Below, piece after piece: positions 52,301 to 63,664 of a DNA stretch of 64,000 nt. The position numbers were made by a program, and so were the translations under genes. Under the pieces are notes generated by a model that saw nothing but the letters and a program-made list of their open reading frames with translations, did not search any database and was not told the origin of the DNA. The stretch spans positions 33,546,898 through 33,610,897 of the forward strand of contig NC_069004.1 in assembly GCF_001194135.2 (NCBI RefSeq), written 5' to 3'. This DNA comes from Octopus bimaculoides. Lineage: Eukaryota. Numbering within the stretch: the stretch's first letter is position 1; every line of letters starts with the position of its first letter.

Positions 52301-54962
52301 GAAATCTGACACAATTTCATGAATCTACATGTGTGACTGTGACACGAGTGATACATATGGAGTCTCATGACTGTGTGTGACACTGTGTTACAAAAGTAAC
52401 AGATGCATAAAAATTGCTGGTGTGAATGTTGTGAGGTTATGTTGTGACCTAACAACTACAGAACTTGAAAGTGAAACAAGAGACTGAAGTACTGCTGCTA
52501 CTCTGTGACTGTTGAGGTTGCAGTATCATGACATTGACATGACTGATGACTGACGATGGATGATTGGTGACTAATTATATAGCAATAATGACGACATAGC
52601 AATGATTGGTGATTGATGACAAAGCGATAATAATGATATGGCAATGGCATGACTGATGATTGATGATATAGCGACCGGGTCATTAGAGTGTTAGATAGAA
52701 TGCATCACAGTATTTGTTACATTTATCTGTGCTGTGAGTTCAAATCCCACAGCAGCCAATTTGACATGTCTGTGGAGTACTCAACCACTTACACGTTAAT
52801 TCAGGGGCAGATAATTCAGTAAATCACACAAATGAATCCTCATTGTTGAATGATGGAATTCCAACACTGGTATCTATGGTTTCCTGCCATTGAAAGAGAT
52901 ACCATTGGTATGACCCTATTGGAAGATGCTGTCAAAGTTTCCATTCAAAGAATTGGTACAAGTTTGGCAGCATGTGGTGTACATGCTTCTGGTAAATGGT
53001 ATACGGTTGGGGAGTGTTAGGGAAGAATGGAGGGTTTATATAAAGATGAACCATGTTATAAAGGTGTTCAAATAAAGAATATATTTCTGAATGTAAAATA
53101 TTTTATATTTCCAGATACCAACATTCTATAAACTCTACAAAGAACGTGGTTTTACATTCAAAGAATCATTCAATTATTATTTGAAATCTCAAGGTAACAA
53201 TAAACTTTCACCTCTCTGTCTTTTTCTTTTTCTCTCCCCCACTCAATCCCTTAATTCTCACTACGATCATGGTTGGGCATTCACGACAAAGTCTCTTTGC
53301 AATTCACAATTTTCCATCGTTCCTGGCAACTACTCCTTACTCAGATTTGGATTGTCTTCTGAGAGTTGGTCGAGGAATATTCAAATACGTTTTCCTCTGC
53401 TGCATCTCCATGAGTTGGTTCTCCCAACATTAGTTTGTGTACAACTTCTTTCTTCAAAAATATATATATGTATGCATGTGCGTGTGTATATATATACACA
53501 CACACGTGTATATGTGTTGGCGTATATACATGTGAATGTGTGCCTTTCAGCGTATGTGTGTGTGTGTAGGTAGATGCAGTGTGAAAAAGAGAAGTGAGAG
53601 AAAGTGTGTTTCACTCCACCCGCACACACACACACACACATATAAAGATGTACACAATAATTCTGTTGACTAAACGGCCTCCAAATCCAAACAAACTTTC
53701 CGTTATTTTTGAAGGGAAAATCTTAAATATCCGAATATATTGGCTAAAGTCTCCGTTATTTGTGAACCGGAGATCAGTTGAAAACTAATGAAGACAAAAA
53801 TATCAATAATAAAATCTAAAGACAAATGTATCAAGAGAGATAACTCTCCTTTGAAATTTGTCTTTAGAATGATTATGAGAAGTTACGAAGTTATTTCCCT
53901 TGGTAATTTGAAATTTCTTGTTTCCTAAGAATTACCGTATTTGATGGCATAAAAGACAGTGGCATATTAGAGGCAAACTTTCCTCTCGGGGTCGATAAAA
54001 TAAGTACCAGTTACGCACTGGGATTGATGTAATCGACCTAATCCCTTTGTCTGTCCTTGTTTGTCCCCTCTATGTTTAGCCCCTTGTAGGCAATAAAGAA
54101 ATAAGAAACGTTAGCACGATGGGTGAAATGCTTAGCGGTATTTCGTCTGCCCTTACGTTCTGAGTTCAAGCTGGTCGTATCTGACTAAGATATTCCACCT
54201 ACTTTATAGTCAAATTGACTAGATCAGGCCTCTTACGCCTGCCCTACTATGTCAGTCTAAAACCCTTTAATCAAACTCCTGAAGCTATCAGATAATGAGT
54301 AATTAATTCAAAACAATGTGAATAAATAAACAATATATTCGACTGAGTAATCAGTATGCTAAAGGCTTACGTTTAATTATGAATAATGAATATTGAATTT
54401 AAATTTTGGCACAATGCCAGCAATCTCGGTGTTTAACTGGTATTTATTTCACCAACACCAAAAGGATGAAAGGCAAAGTTTACCTCGGAGGCATTTGGGT
54501 TTGGAATTGAAATAATGAAGACAAATTTAATTATGTTTCTTATAATTAATTATAATTTAATTATATTGACATAACAAGTAAATGAACTGAGATATTACAC
54601 ATCAAAAGTAATTAGTGATAGGAAAGAAATTAACAAAACTCAATACTATATATATATAATGAAGAAATAAATAGGATAATTATCCTCTTATACAGTACAA
54701 CTAATTAGTGCTCCAATAAAGCCTCAGGAATATAAATCCAGGAAAGAGAGAATAAATTTCAAAGGTCAGAGTTCATATTCCCTCAATATATTTCAAAGTG
54801 TCAGAATACTCCACAGCATACATAGGTCTGATCTTGATCTGAAATTGTGTGTTGAAACAGATTTTGCTGTGTGTGTGTATACACACACACACATACTTTA
54901 TGTATGTATGTATAATTTATATTAAAATCTTAACTGTAATTAAGATAAATTACTTCTTACAA

Positions 54963-54996
<34 letters not shown>

Positions 54997-57900
54997 CCGC
55001 TTAGCTTGAAACGACCAGCTGTTTTAATAAAACTTAATTAATCTGTTCTGTTAGTTTATTTAAAAGATAATCTGTTATGTTAATTAAAATATAATTAAGC
55101 TGGTGTTGGACTTGAAACGTCAGCTGTTTCCATTTACACAAAGTGATTAGAGAAGGATAATTTGAATAAANNNNNNNNNNNNNNNNNNNNNNNNNNNNNN
55201 NNNNNNNNNNNNNNNNNNNNNNNNNNNNNNNNNNNNNNNNNNNNNNNNNNNNNNNNNNNNNNNNNNNNNNNNNNNNNNNNNNNNNNNNNNNNNNNNNNNN
55301 NNNNNNNNNNNNNNNNNNNNNNNNNNNNNNNNNNNNNNNNNNNNNNNNNNNNNNNNNNNNNNNNNNNNNNNNNNNNNNNNNNNNNNNNNNNNNNNNNNNN
55401 NNNNNNNNNNNNNNNNNNNNNNNNNNNNNNNNNNNNNNNNNNNNNNNNNNNNNNNNNNNNNNNNNNNNNNNNNNNNNNNNNNNNNNNNNNNNNNNNNNNN
55501 NNNNNNNNNNNNNNNNNNNNNNNNNNNNNNNNNNNNNNNNNNNNNNNNNNNNNNNNNNNNNNNNNNNNNNNNNNNNNNNNNNNNNNNNNNNNNNNNNNNN
55601 NNNNNNNNNNNNNNNNNNNNNNNNNNNNNNNNNNNNNNNNNNNNNNNNNNNNNNNNNNNNNNNNNNNNNNNNNNNNNNNNNNNNNNNNNNNNNNNNNNNN
55701 NNNNNNNNNNNNNNNNNNNNNNNNNNNNNNNNNNNNNNNNNNNNNNNNNNNNNNNNNNNNNNNNNNNNNNNNNNNNNNNNNNNNNNNNNNNNNNNNNNNN
55801 NNNNNNNNNNNNNNNNNNNNNNNNNNNNNNNNNNNNNNNNNNNNNNNNNNNNNNNNNNNNNNNNNNNNNNNNNNNNNNNNNNNNNNNNNNNNNNNNNNNN
55901 NNNNNNNNNNNNNNNNNNNNNNNNNNNNNNNNNNNNNNNNNNNNNNNNNNNNNNNNNNNNNNNNNNNNNNNNNNNNNNNNNNNNNNNNNNNNNNNNNNNN
56001 NNNTGTCGATACCTTTGACCTCAGTACTCGACTGGTATTTTATCGATTCTGTTGCTTTGTTTTCCAGAAACTTCTTTGAATTGGTCCGATTTGATTTTGT
56101 TCTTGACAAAGACTTTAACATTTATTTGATGGAGGTAAGTGGCATCATGTTCATTCGAATAACATTGGAAAGAAACACCTGTATCATCTTGTAGGATTAC
56201 AACGAGTTGTAGAGTGGATTTCACCTGGTTGTAGAGAAGTGTTTGTGGAGCTGTACCTGGATGTTGAGGTGCAGATGGCTGTAGAACTGAATTCTGGTTA
56301 TAAAGCTGAACCTGGTTGAAGTGCAGAGTCGTGGCTGCTTATAGTATTGCAGGTGGTTGCACCTTGGAGTTGATTGTCGAGATGCAACTGCAGATAAAGC
56401 TGCAGTTGCATCTAGTCGTGGAATTGCAGTGGCAGCCATTTTGTTATGTCTTGGGTGGCTCATTATGCCAATAACAAACACATGCACTGGTTCTGTTTTT
56501 ACTTCATTTATTATTATTGTTTGTCAATTTAGGGTGGTGCACTGGCAGAATCATTAGCAAAATGCTTATCAGCATTTCGTTCTGAGTTCAAATTCTTCTG
56601 AGGTCGACTTTGCTTCTCATCCTTTAGGGGTCCATAAAGTAAGTACCAGCTGAGTGCTGGGGTCGATGTCATTGAGTTGTCCCCCTCCCCTGAAATTGCT
56701 GACTTTGTGCCAACATTTGAAACCAATATTTTCAAAAGCGTAATTATATCATACCTTAGCCCTCATCTCCCTCACTCAGGGTCCATAGTCAACTTCATTT
56801 TTCCAGGTGGCATGAAAAATGCACCCAGCACAGTCTGTAAACTGGTTGGCATTAGGAAGGGCCTCCAGCTGTAGAAACCATACCACAGCAGACAATGGAA
56901 CACAAAGTGGTCTTTGGACTGATGAGACACTGTCAAACTACCTGACCCATACCAGCATGGAACATGGACGTTAAATGATGACAGTTATGAATTCATTCTG
57001 TAAAGAGGATGTGAGACACAACTTACCCTGGACAGGTCACTAGTCCACCTCAGATGACATTCAAATACATTCATTACACCTGACCATATGATGTACCTGT
57101 TCAGTTCTTAGTTCTAATTTTCTACCATTTAAGAAGATGAGAATTAAATCTATTTTTGGACAGGTTTTAAGTCTATCTTAGATAACAAGCAAAGCCGTGT
57201 ATCTTGTCTGATCGTTCATAAATATGATATTGATCTCTGATTTTAATATTTTCCAGGCCAACATGTCACCAAATCTATCATCTCGTACTCATGAAGAGAA
57301 TGCTCGACTTTACGAACATGTAATTTTTAATATGTTGAGTGTGGTGGGTATAGCTACAAGAGCAGCCCTAAACTTCCCCAACATGTAAGTACAAGAAAGA
57401 AGGGAACAGATCATGCCCCCTCCTTTAGTTTTCTGTATTTTTTGTGCTCCATGTAAATCTCTGCTTATACAGTAATGTTCAACTTCTGAATATTTTCAGG
57501 GGTTTTTTCACTCTCTCTCTATATATATTTATATGTGTATATATATGTATGTAGATTTTATATAACAAGCCCAAACGTGTTTATTTGTTTACTTGCATTA
57601 TTATCTTATCTATCTATACCCATCCATCTGTCTACCTGTCTCTCTATCTCTGGCGTCACGTAAGTGGCACCCCTGCCAGTGGCATGTAAAAAGCACCCAT
57701 TGAAATCTTAGGGCGGTATCATTAAGAAGAGCATCTAGCTATGGAAACCATACCAAATCAGACTGGAACCTGGTACAGGTCTCCGGTTTAGCAGTTCCAG
57801 TCAAACCATCCAACCATTACCAGCATGGGAAGCAGTTGCTAAATGATGACGACGACCTACCAAATTCATCCACAAAGCTTTGGTTGGCCCAGCCATATCA

Positions 57901-59402
57901 TAGAGGACACCTGACCAATGTGTCACGTTTTTTTTTTAATATTAGTTTTAATTGCTTTTCTTTTAATTAAACTAATTGATGAATCTGTAACTCTTTGTCT
58001 TGTTCTTCTGCAGAGTCCTCGATGACAACAACATGGAGGTGTCTGACGCGGACATCAATGTGTTCAGTGACCGATGTATGGCACCAGAATGTAAAGCATC
58101 AAATTGTACATTATGGGTGAGTAAATAAACATTACCATCCTCCCCGCCAACACTCAGTTATAAATCTGAGTCTGGTTGCTGGAAACTGTTCAGAAGCCTG
58201 CTTTGTATATAACTAATAACGCTTACTACTCATGATTCAATACTAAAAAACAAAAGACGTGGCCATGTGGACAGAAGTTTGCTTTCCAATCACACGTGTC
58301 CAGGTTCAGTCCCACTGTGTAGCACTTTGAGTAATTGTCTTCTACGATAACCCTGGCCTGACCAAAGCCTTGAAAGTGGATCTAGTAAATGGAAACTGAA
58401 AGAAACCTGCTGTGTGTATGTTTGTACCACCACCACCACCACCACTTGATAATCGGTGTTGATTTGTCTATGTCCTTGTAAATTAGCAATTCAGCATAAA
58501 AGATCAGCAAAAAATAAATACTGGGGCAAATTCATTCAACTAAAACCCCTCAAGGTAGTGCTCCAGCATGGCCGCAGTCCAACGACTAAAACAAGTAAAA
58601 GATGAAAGGCAAAAAGATTAACAGGACCTGAACTCAGGACATAAAGGGTCAAAAGTAACACTCCACTCACCGTTTTGGCTGCCATTCTATGTAGTCTGTG
58701 TAAAATATTCGATAAAGCCAATTAAAACCAACAACATCTCTAATTGTGGTTTCTGTTTCTTGTTTGATGCCAGAAATGTCGGCTGTGTAATTATTGTATG
58801 ACACCCAGAGAGAAACTCATTGCTAAAATGGCCTACTTGGAACACATCAACCGAGGAAATACAAGACGAATCCTCCCCCCCGTGGCCGTAAGTCTTTAGA
58901 ATTACTTTTCTTTTATTGCATTACTATATTTATATATCAGCTGTACACTGTCAATGTAATGTGACAGTCCCAATAAGGGAATCATACTTCTGCTATTTAT
59001 CCCTAGGAAGCTGGACCGCTTCCTGTCGGCCTTGACACATTTCCTGTGTCCTTATATTTGTGAGGGGGAGACAAGCACCCCCACCCAGCCCAGCCTGCAT
59101 TCAGGGACATGTTTCTGAAGTAGCATGACCAGCTGGCTGAAGATGTCTGTCAACCTTTCGCAAATATATATATTTCTAGTGAAAACACATTCACTGATTA
59201 CAAAAATTAGAAATGGTCTAATTATAAATCTCACAGAGAGACTTAAGCAGCAGTTTATATTTAAAATTTTTTTTTGCAGGACACAGCTGAAGAATTGGCC
59301 ATTTTGACCCAAACTGAAATCTCTCAAAAGAGTGAAGAGAATAAATTTATGGCATTATGGTTTCTTGGACAGTGCCAAAGAGATGCAACTTGGTGCCATT
59401 AG
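45730..59402 (+). CDS. TTLL15: TTLL15-like tubulin-tyrosine-ligase-family ATP-grasp ligase with N-terminal signal anchor; exons 45730-46056, 47161-47316, 48355-48474, 49275-49350, 50305-50374, 50825-50908, 52110-52194, 53115-53193, [missing], 56068-56134, 57257-57383, 58014-58116, 58774-58887, 59280-59402
   Basis: TTL-domain motifs WDVLWSHEYP, KVNHFPGSGYITNK, LWVQKSNNHRG, FVQEYISEPLLIDGHKFDIGVY, NFFELVRFDF, LMEANMSPNL; C-terminal WFLGQCQRDATWC*. Subfamily assigned from recalled invertebrate TTLL15 motifs, not from a search. Confidence 0.88.
46364..46577. mobile_element. Palindromic MITE
   Basis: 92-bp arms (46364-46455 and 46486-46577) with about 2 mismatches. Confidence 0.8.
47161..47316 (+). 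CDS. TTLL15: TTLL15 exon
   Basis: LESGYLQHVFNVFESLG...WDVLWSHEYPF...MKPGQK. Confidence 0.9.
48355..48474 (+). CDS. TTLL15: TTLL15 exon
   Basis: VNHFPGSGYITNKVSLATSEFKFVPKAFKLPEDKNKFQNY. Confidence 0.9.
49275..49350 (+). CDS. TTLL15: TTLL15 exon
   Basis: IKRFPNKLWVQKSNNHRGIRILAPN, phase 1 end. Confidence 0.9.
49394..49697. mobile_element. Palindromic MITE, diverged
   Basis: About 145-bp imperfect arms, about 15-nt loop; fragment also near 20485. Confidence 0.75.
50305..50374 (+). CDS. TTLL15: TTLL15 exon
   Basis: LDLSKEGTFVQEYISEPLLIDG. Confidence 0.9.
50825..50908 (+). CDS. TTLL15: TTLL15 exon
   Basis: KFDIGVYAVLTSINPVRAYVLETEALF. Confidence 0.9.
52110..52194 (+). CDS. TTLL15: TTLL15 exon
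   Basis: FCPVKYYPFDASNVDKYVVGDIYTALWK. Confidence 0.9.
53115..53193 (+). CDS. TTLL15: TTLL15 exon
   Basis: IPTFYKLYKERGFTFKESFNYYLKSQ, phase 1 end. Confidence 0.88.
53265..53430 (-). mobile_element. Decayed LINE 3' fragment in TTLL15 intron
   Basis: RGKRI*IFLDQLSEDNPNLSKE*LPGTMENCELQR resembles RTE-type C-terminal ends. Confidence 0.4.
55171..56003. other. Assembly gap inside TTLL15
   Basis: N run; other gaps at 9656-9665, 27350-27630, 29590-30488, about 38405-38413, 38820-39491, 51249-51336, 62219-63181. Confidence 0.95.
56068..56134 (+). CDS. TTLL15: TTLL15 exon
   Basis: NFFELVRFDFVLDKDFNIYLME, phase 2 start. Confidence 0.9.
57257..57383 (+). CDS. TTLL15: TTLL15 exon
   Basis: ANMSPNLSSRTHEENARLYEHVIFNMLSVVGIATRAALNFPT; 3' boundary uncertain (see findings). 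Confidence 0.85.
58014..58116 (+). CDS. TTLL15: TTLL15 exon, Cys-rich
   Basis: VLDDNNMEVSDADINVFSDRCMAPECKASNCTLW|gtgagt. Confidence 0.85.
58774..58887 (+). CDS. TTLL15: TTLL15 exon
   Basis: KCRLCNYCMTPREKLIAKMAYLEHINRGNTRRILPPVA|gtaagt. Confidence 0.88.
59280..59402 (+). CDS. TTLL15: TTLL15 last exon
   Basis: DTAEELAILTQTEISQKSEENKFMALWFLGQCQRDATWCH*. Confidence 0.88.
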   Translation, partial: DTAEELAILTQTEISQKSEENKFMALWFLGQCQRDATWCH

Positions 59403-59489
59403 CATAAAACCATTTATTCATCCCAAACATGATGCTGCTTATGTCTTAAGATGTCCTTGGAATATTACCAACAAGAAACCCACATACAC

Positions 59490-60445
59490 TTATAAGGTAC
59501 CTCTCTGTTCTATGAGGTACCTATAGATGCTCAATATTGCCTACAGGAAACTTATATGTTCTTAAGGTACTATACGTACCCAATATGATTCTCTAGGCAT
59601 TACAAGAGAAACAATAAACTATAAGTATCTCATAAGATGTCTTGAGGTACCCTGAATGATCTATGAGGTACCCTGAATGATCTATGAGAAACCTAATGTA
59701 CTTATAACGTACATATGTTCTATAAGGTACTCAGAGGAACTAAATGTGAGTCACAAATCTATAAGGTACCTATAAGATATCTAGAGATACTCAGGGTAAC
59801 TGGATATTACTTACAAACAACTATATTACCAACAAGATATGTCATTCTTCCATAAGGTACCTATCAGCACAGAAAATATTGTTGCTTGTGCAGAATCAAT
59901 TTGTACAAAGAGGTACTCAATAACGCATACTGGAAACCTACATGTACCAATCAGGTACCACTGTTCTTGAAATACAGTGAGTATTCTCAGAGATACTCAG
60001 TGTGAGATCTTGGATATTACCTGCAAAATGCTTATAAGTACCTATTATATAAGGTACCTTGGCTACTTAATGTGAGCACTTGGATATGATCTACAGATAA
60101 CAAGACTATATGCATCTTAAGGTACCTCAGCTCCTCAGGGTACCTATAGCAACTGCATATCACTTAATAATAGCTATATGTACCTACATGATAATAAGGT
60201 GCATATAATGTTTCTTTATTTCCTATGGAAACTCCTATGTACATATATGGTACCTGTGTTTTATAAGGTACTTATAGGTGCTAAGTGTGAATGCTTGGAC
60301 ATTTATTTACAGACAACGAACCTATGTGCACCTGCAAGGTACACCTCTATTGTATATGGTACCCATGGGTACTCAATATGGCCTATAACAAATCTGTAAT
60401 CACCTGTCAAGTACCCTTGTTCCACTAAACAGTACCTCAAGGTAC
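59490..60445. repeat. Degenerate AGGTACCT-rich satellite
   Basis: More than 20 (a)ggtac(c)t-like cores in about 950 bp. Confidence 0.7.
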
Positions 60446-60489
60446 TTAATGTTGCCTCTTGGCTCCTTGTCAATCACCAAATATGAAAC

Positions 60490-60710
60490 TGCTCATCAAT
60501 CACATACATGACTGACCTCAGGTCACTCACCACTCACTCACACATAAGTGACTTCAGGTTATTCACACGCACCGTTCAGTCACACATATAACTGGCCTCT
60601 GGTCACTCATCAATCATATGCATAAATGGCCCCTAGTCACACATCAGTCACATACTTGATTGACTTCAGGTCACTCATCAATCGTACACATAACTCACCT
60701 TAGGTTATTA
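60490..60710. repeat. Degenerate tandem repeat, unit about 35 bp, core tgacctcaggtca
   Basis: Six core variants read directly. Confidence 0.7.
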
Positions 60711-60741
60711 TTTCATTTAGCATTACAACCTATGGGTAACG

Positions 60742-60791
<50 letters not shown>

Positions 60792-62085
60792 TGCATATGT
60801 AAGTGTGTGTGTATGTGTATTAGAAAATAAGATATTATTGACAAGATTCAGACTTAATATATATATATCTCTCTGCCGAGGTGGACTTTGCCTTTCACAA
60901 GTACCAGTTAAGAACTGGAGTCATTGTAATCGCCTTACCCCCACCCCCAAATTGCTGGCCTTGTGCCAAAATTTGAAACCATTATACATATCTCCCTCTC
61001 TCTTTCTGTCCCCATTGTTTCTCCATCAATTTTTCTCTCTTTCACTCACTGTCTGTCTGTCTGTCTGTCTTTCAGTCTCTGTGTTTGTCCTTCTGTCTCT
61101 CCCTGTGTTTATCTGTCCCTTTTCTCTTTCTCTGTCTATCTATTATCCTCTTTCTCCCCCCTCTGGTCATATCTCTATCCTCCTCTCTCTCTCGACTTTT
61201 CCTCTTCCCACATGTTCCCCACAATATTCCACAAATCTTCAACCCAAACCCCACTTCATTTCCCCCCTTTTTTTTGTCCCAGAATGCATCAAATACCCTG
61301 CCATTTATAACCCTCAAGAACCAACATGGGCAGCCATTTTCAACAAGTGGGCCCACATGAGACATGGCTCACCATTTAGTGGGCTGCACTACTTAAAAAA
61401 AAATACAAGCTGACTTTTCATTTAAGCATGAAAGTCCCAAGGGGCCACAGTTTGCCCCATGACTAATTTAAAATGACTGCCAGGCCCCATGACCCTTGTT
61501 ATGGTCTCTTTGAATGAATATTTAATAAATTAAAACACCTTGACATGTCTCGGGGATGAAATATGGAAATGGAAAAATTTCCACAGAAAATGCAAATCTG
61601 TAAATAATAATTTCACTTTCAAAATATTGTTGTTGTTGTTATTGTTGCTGCTATTATTGTTATTTCTGTTTTTGTTTAACCCCAGGTAGTCCTGATTGAG
61701 CTGTCCTATGATCAAAGGCATTCCAGCCATGACCATCGCGTCTTTTCGCCAACACAGTATATCCAGAACCTATTATTCGATGTGTCCTTCCTTCTTTAAG
61801 ACAATGTGGTTTTCAGTTAGATTTGTTTGCTATTTCTTATTTCTTTATTGCCCACAAGGGGCTAAATATAGAGGGGACAAACAAGGACAGACAAAGGGAC
61901 CAAGTCGATTACATCGACCCCAGTGCCTAACTAGTACTTAATTTGTCGGCCTCGGAGGAATTTGAACTCAGAAAGTAACGGCAGACGAAATACCGCTAAG
62001 CACTTCGCCCGGGGTGCTAACGTTTCTGCCATCTCGCCGTTTGCTATTTCTAGCAGATCGACTCCAGATCAGGAACACCTACGAA

Positions 62086-62218
62086 TTAAAAGTATCCCAG
62101 CAATTCACTCCTGGCTCCTCTTTGAGGGTGTTTGTAACAGCTTCCCCTGTGGAGCAACACCGGAGGCTCACCCTTCCAGAAGTATTCCCCTGTCCATCGC
62201 GTGCCATCGAATTTAGTC
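62086..62218 (-). mobile_element. LTR retrotransposon pol fragment (protease-RT junction) running into a gap
   Basis: KFDGTRWTGEYFWKGEPPVLLHRGSCY resembles FDG..WTV.W.WK..PP.L.NRV..Y, recalled from invertebrate Gypsy-type pol. Confidence 0.45.
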
Positions 62219-63664
62219 NNNNNNNNNNNNNNNNNNNNNNNNNNNNNNNNNNNNNNNNNNNNNNNNNNNNNNNNNNNNNNNNNNNNNNNNNNNNNNNNNN
62301 NNNNNNNNNNNNNNNNNNNNNNNNNNNNNNNNNNNNNNNNNNNNNNNNNNNNNNNNNNNNNNNNNNNNNNNNNNNNNNNNNNNNNNNNNNNNNNNNNNNN
62401 NNNNNNNNNNNNNNNNNNNNNNNNNNNNNNNNNNNNNNNNNNNNNNNNNNNNNNNNNNNNNNNNNNNNNNNNNNNNNNNNNNNNNNNNNNNNNNNNNNNN
62501 NNNNNNNNNNNNNNNNNNNNNNNNNNNNNNNNNNNNNNNNNNNNNNNNNNNNNNNNNNNNNNNNNNNNNNNNNNNNNNNNNNNNNNNNNNNNNNNNNNNN
62601 NNNNNNNNNNNNNNNNNNNNNNNNNNNNNNNNNNNNNNNNNNNNNNNNNNNNNNNNNNNNNNNNNNNNNNNNNNNNNNNNNNNNNNNNNNNNNNNNNNNN
62701 NNNNNNNNNNNNNNNNNNNNNNNNNNNNNNNNNNNNNNNNNNNNNNNNNNNNNNNNNNNNNNNNNNNNNNNNNNNNNNNNNNNNNNNNNNNNNNNNNNNN
62801 NNNNNNNNNNNNNNNNNNNNNNNNNNNNNNNNNNNNNNNNNNNNNNNNNNNNNNNNNNNNNNNNNNNNNNNNNNNNNNNNNNNNNNNNNNNNNNNNNNNN
62901 NNNNNNNNNNNNNNNNNNNNNNNNNNNNNNNNNNNNNNNNNNNNNNNNNNNNNNNNNNNNNNNNNNNNNNNNNNNNNNNNNNNNNNNNNNNNNNNNNNNN
63001 NNNNNNNNNNNNNNNNNNNNNNNNNNNNNNNNNNNNNNNNNNNNNNNNNNNNNNNNNNNNNNNNNNNNNNNNNNNNNNNNNNNNNNNNNNNNNNNNNNNN
63101 NNNNNNNNNNNNNNNNNNNNNNNNNNNNNNNNNNNNNNNNNNNNNNNNNNNNNNNNNNNNNNNNNNNNNNNNNNNNNNNNNAATCCTAGTCGCATAGTCG
63201 TCGACTTGTTCTCCGGCCCACCTCGCGCTTCCGAGCTTACGATACGCCTTAAAGGTTCCCCGCCGTATAAGCAGCTTTTAGCTTCACTTTCTGTAACCGG
63301 GCCACCATGTCGCCTTGACCAGAGAATGTCTCAACATGTCGTTGCCGAGTTTAATTTTCGATGTCATATTTTACCATGGACAGAATTATTTTGAGCCGAA
63401 ATAGTTTGTGGTATGAAAAGGAAATTAGGAAAAAGGCTTTCTTACCTGTCAATATGGAGGAAGCGTTCTCTCATTACCCACGTGGATGTTCTCTTCTATT
63501 CGTCATGTACACAATCCTTAACTCCATGCCGTCCATTTGCCCTCTGACCTCTTCCCGTCCCCTCTGCGCATCCTCTCTTCCGCACTTCCGTCCTCAGAGA
63601 CTCCCGACAGGGCCTACCCAATCTCTCACTTCTGCCCTCATCATAGCTCAATATCACACACACT

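Noticed and set aside
54696-54763. Open AG-GT segment as the missing TTLL15 exon
   Set aside because: Ends in phase 1, not 2, and has no TTL-like residues.
56221-56487. GC-richer intronic ORF on the minus strand
   Set aside because: Low-complexity, no recognisable domain or splice structure.
56916-56945. CTGATGAGACAC...TGTCAAAC hammerhead-like string
   Set aside because: Lacks the G of GAAA; coincides with SINE sequence.
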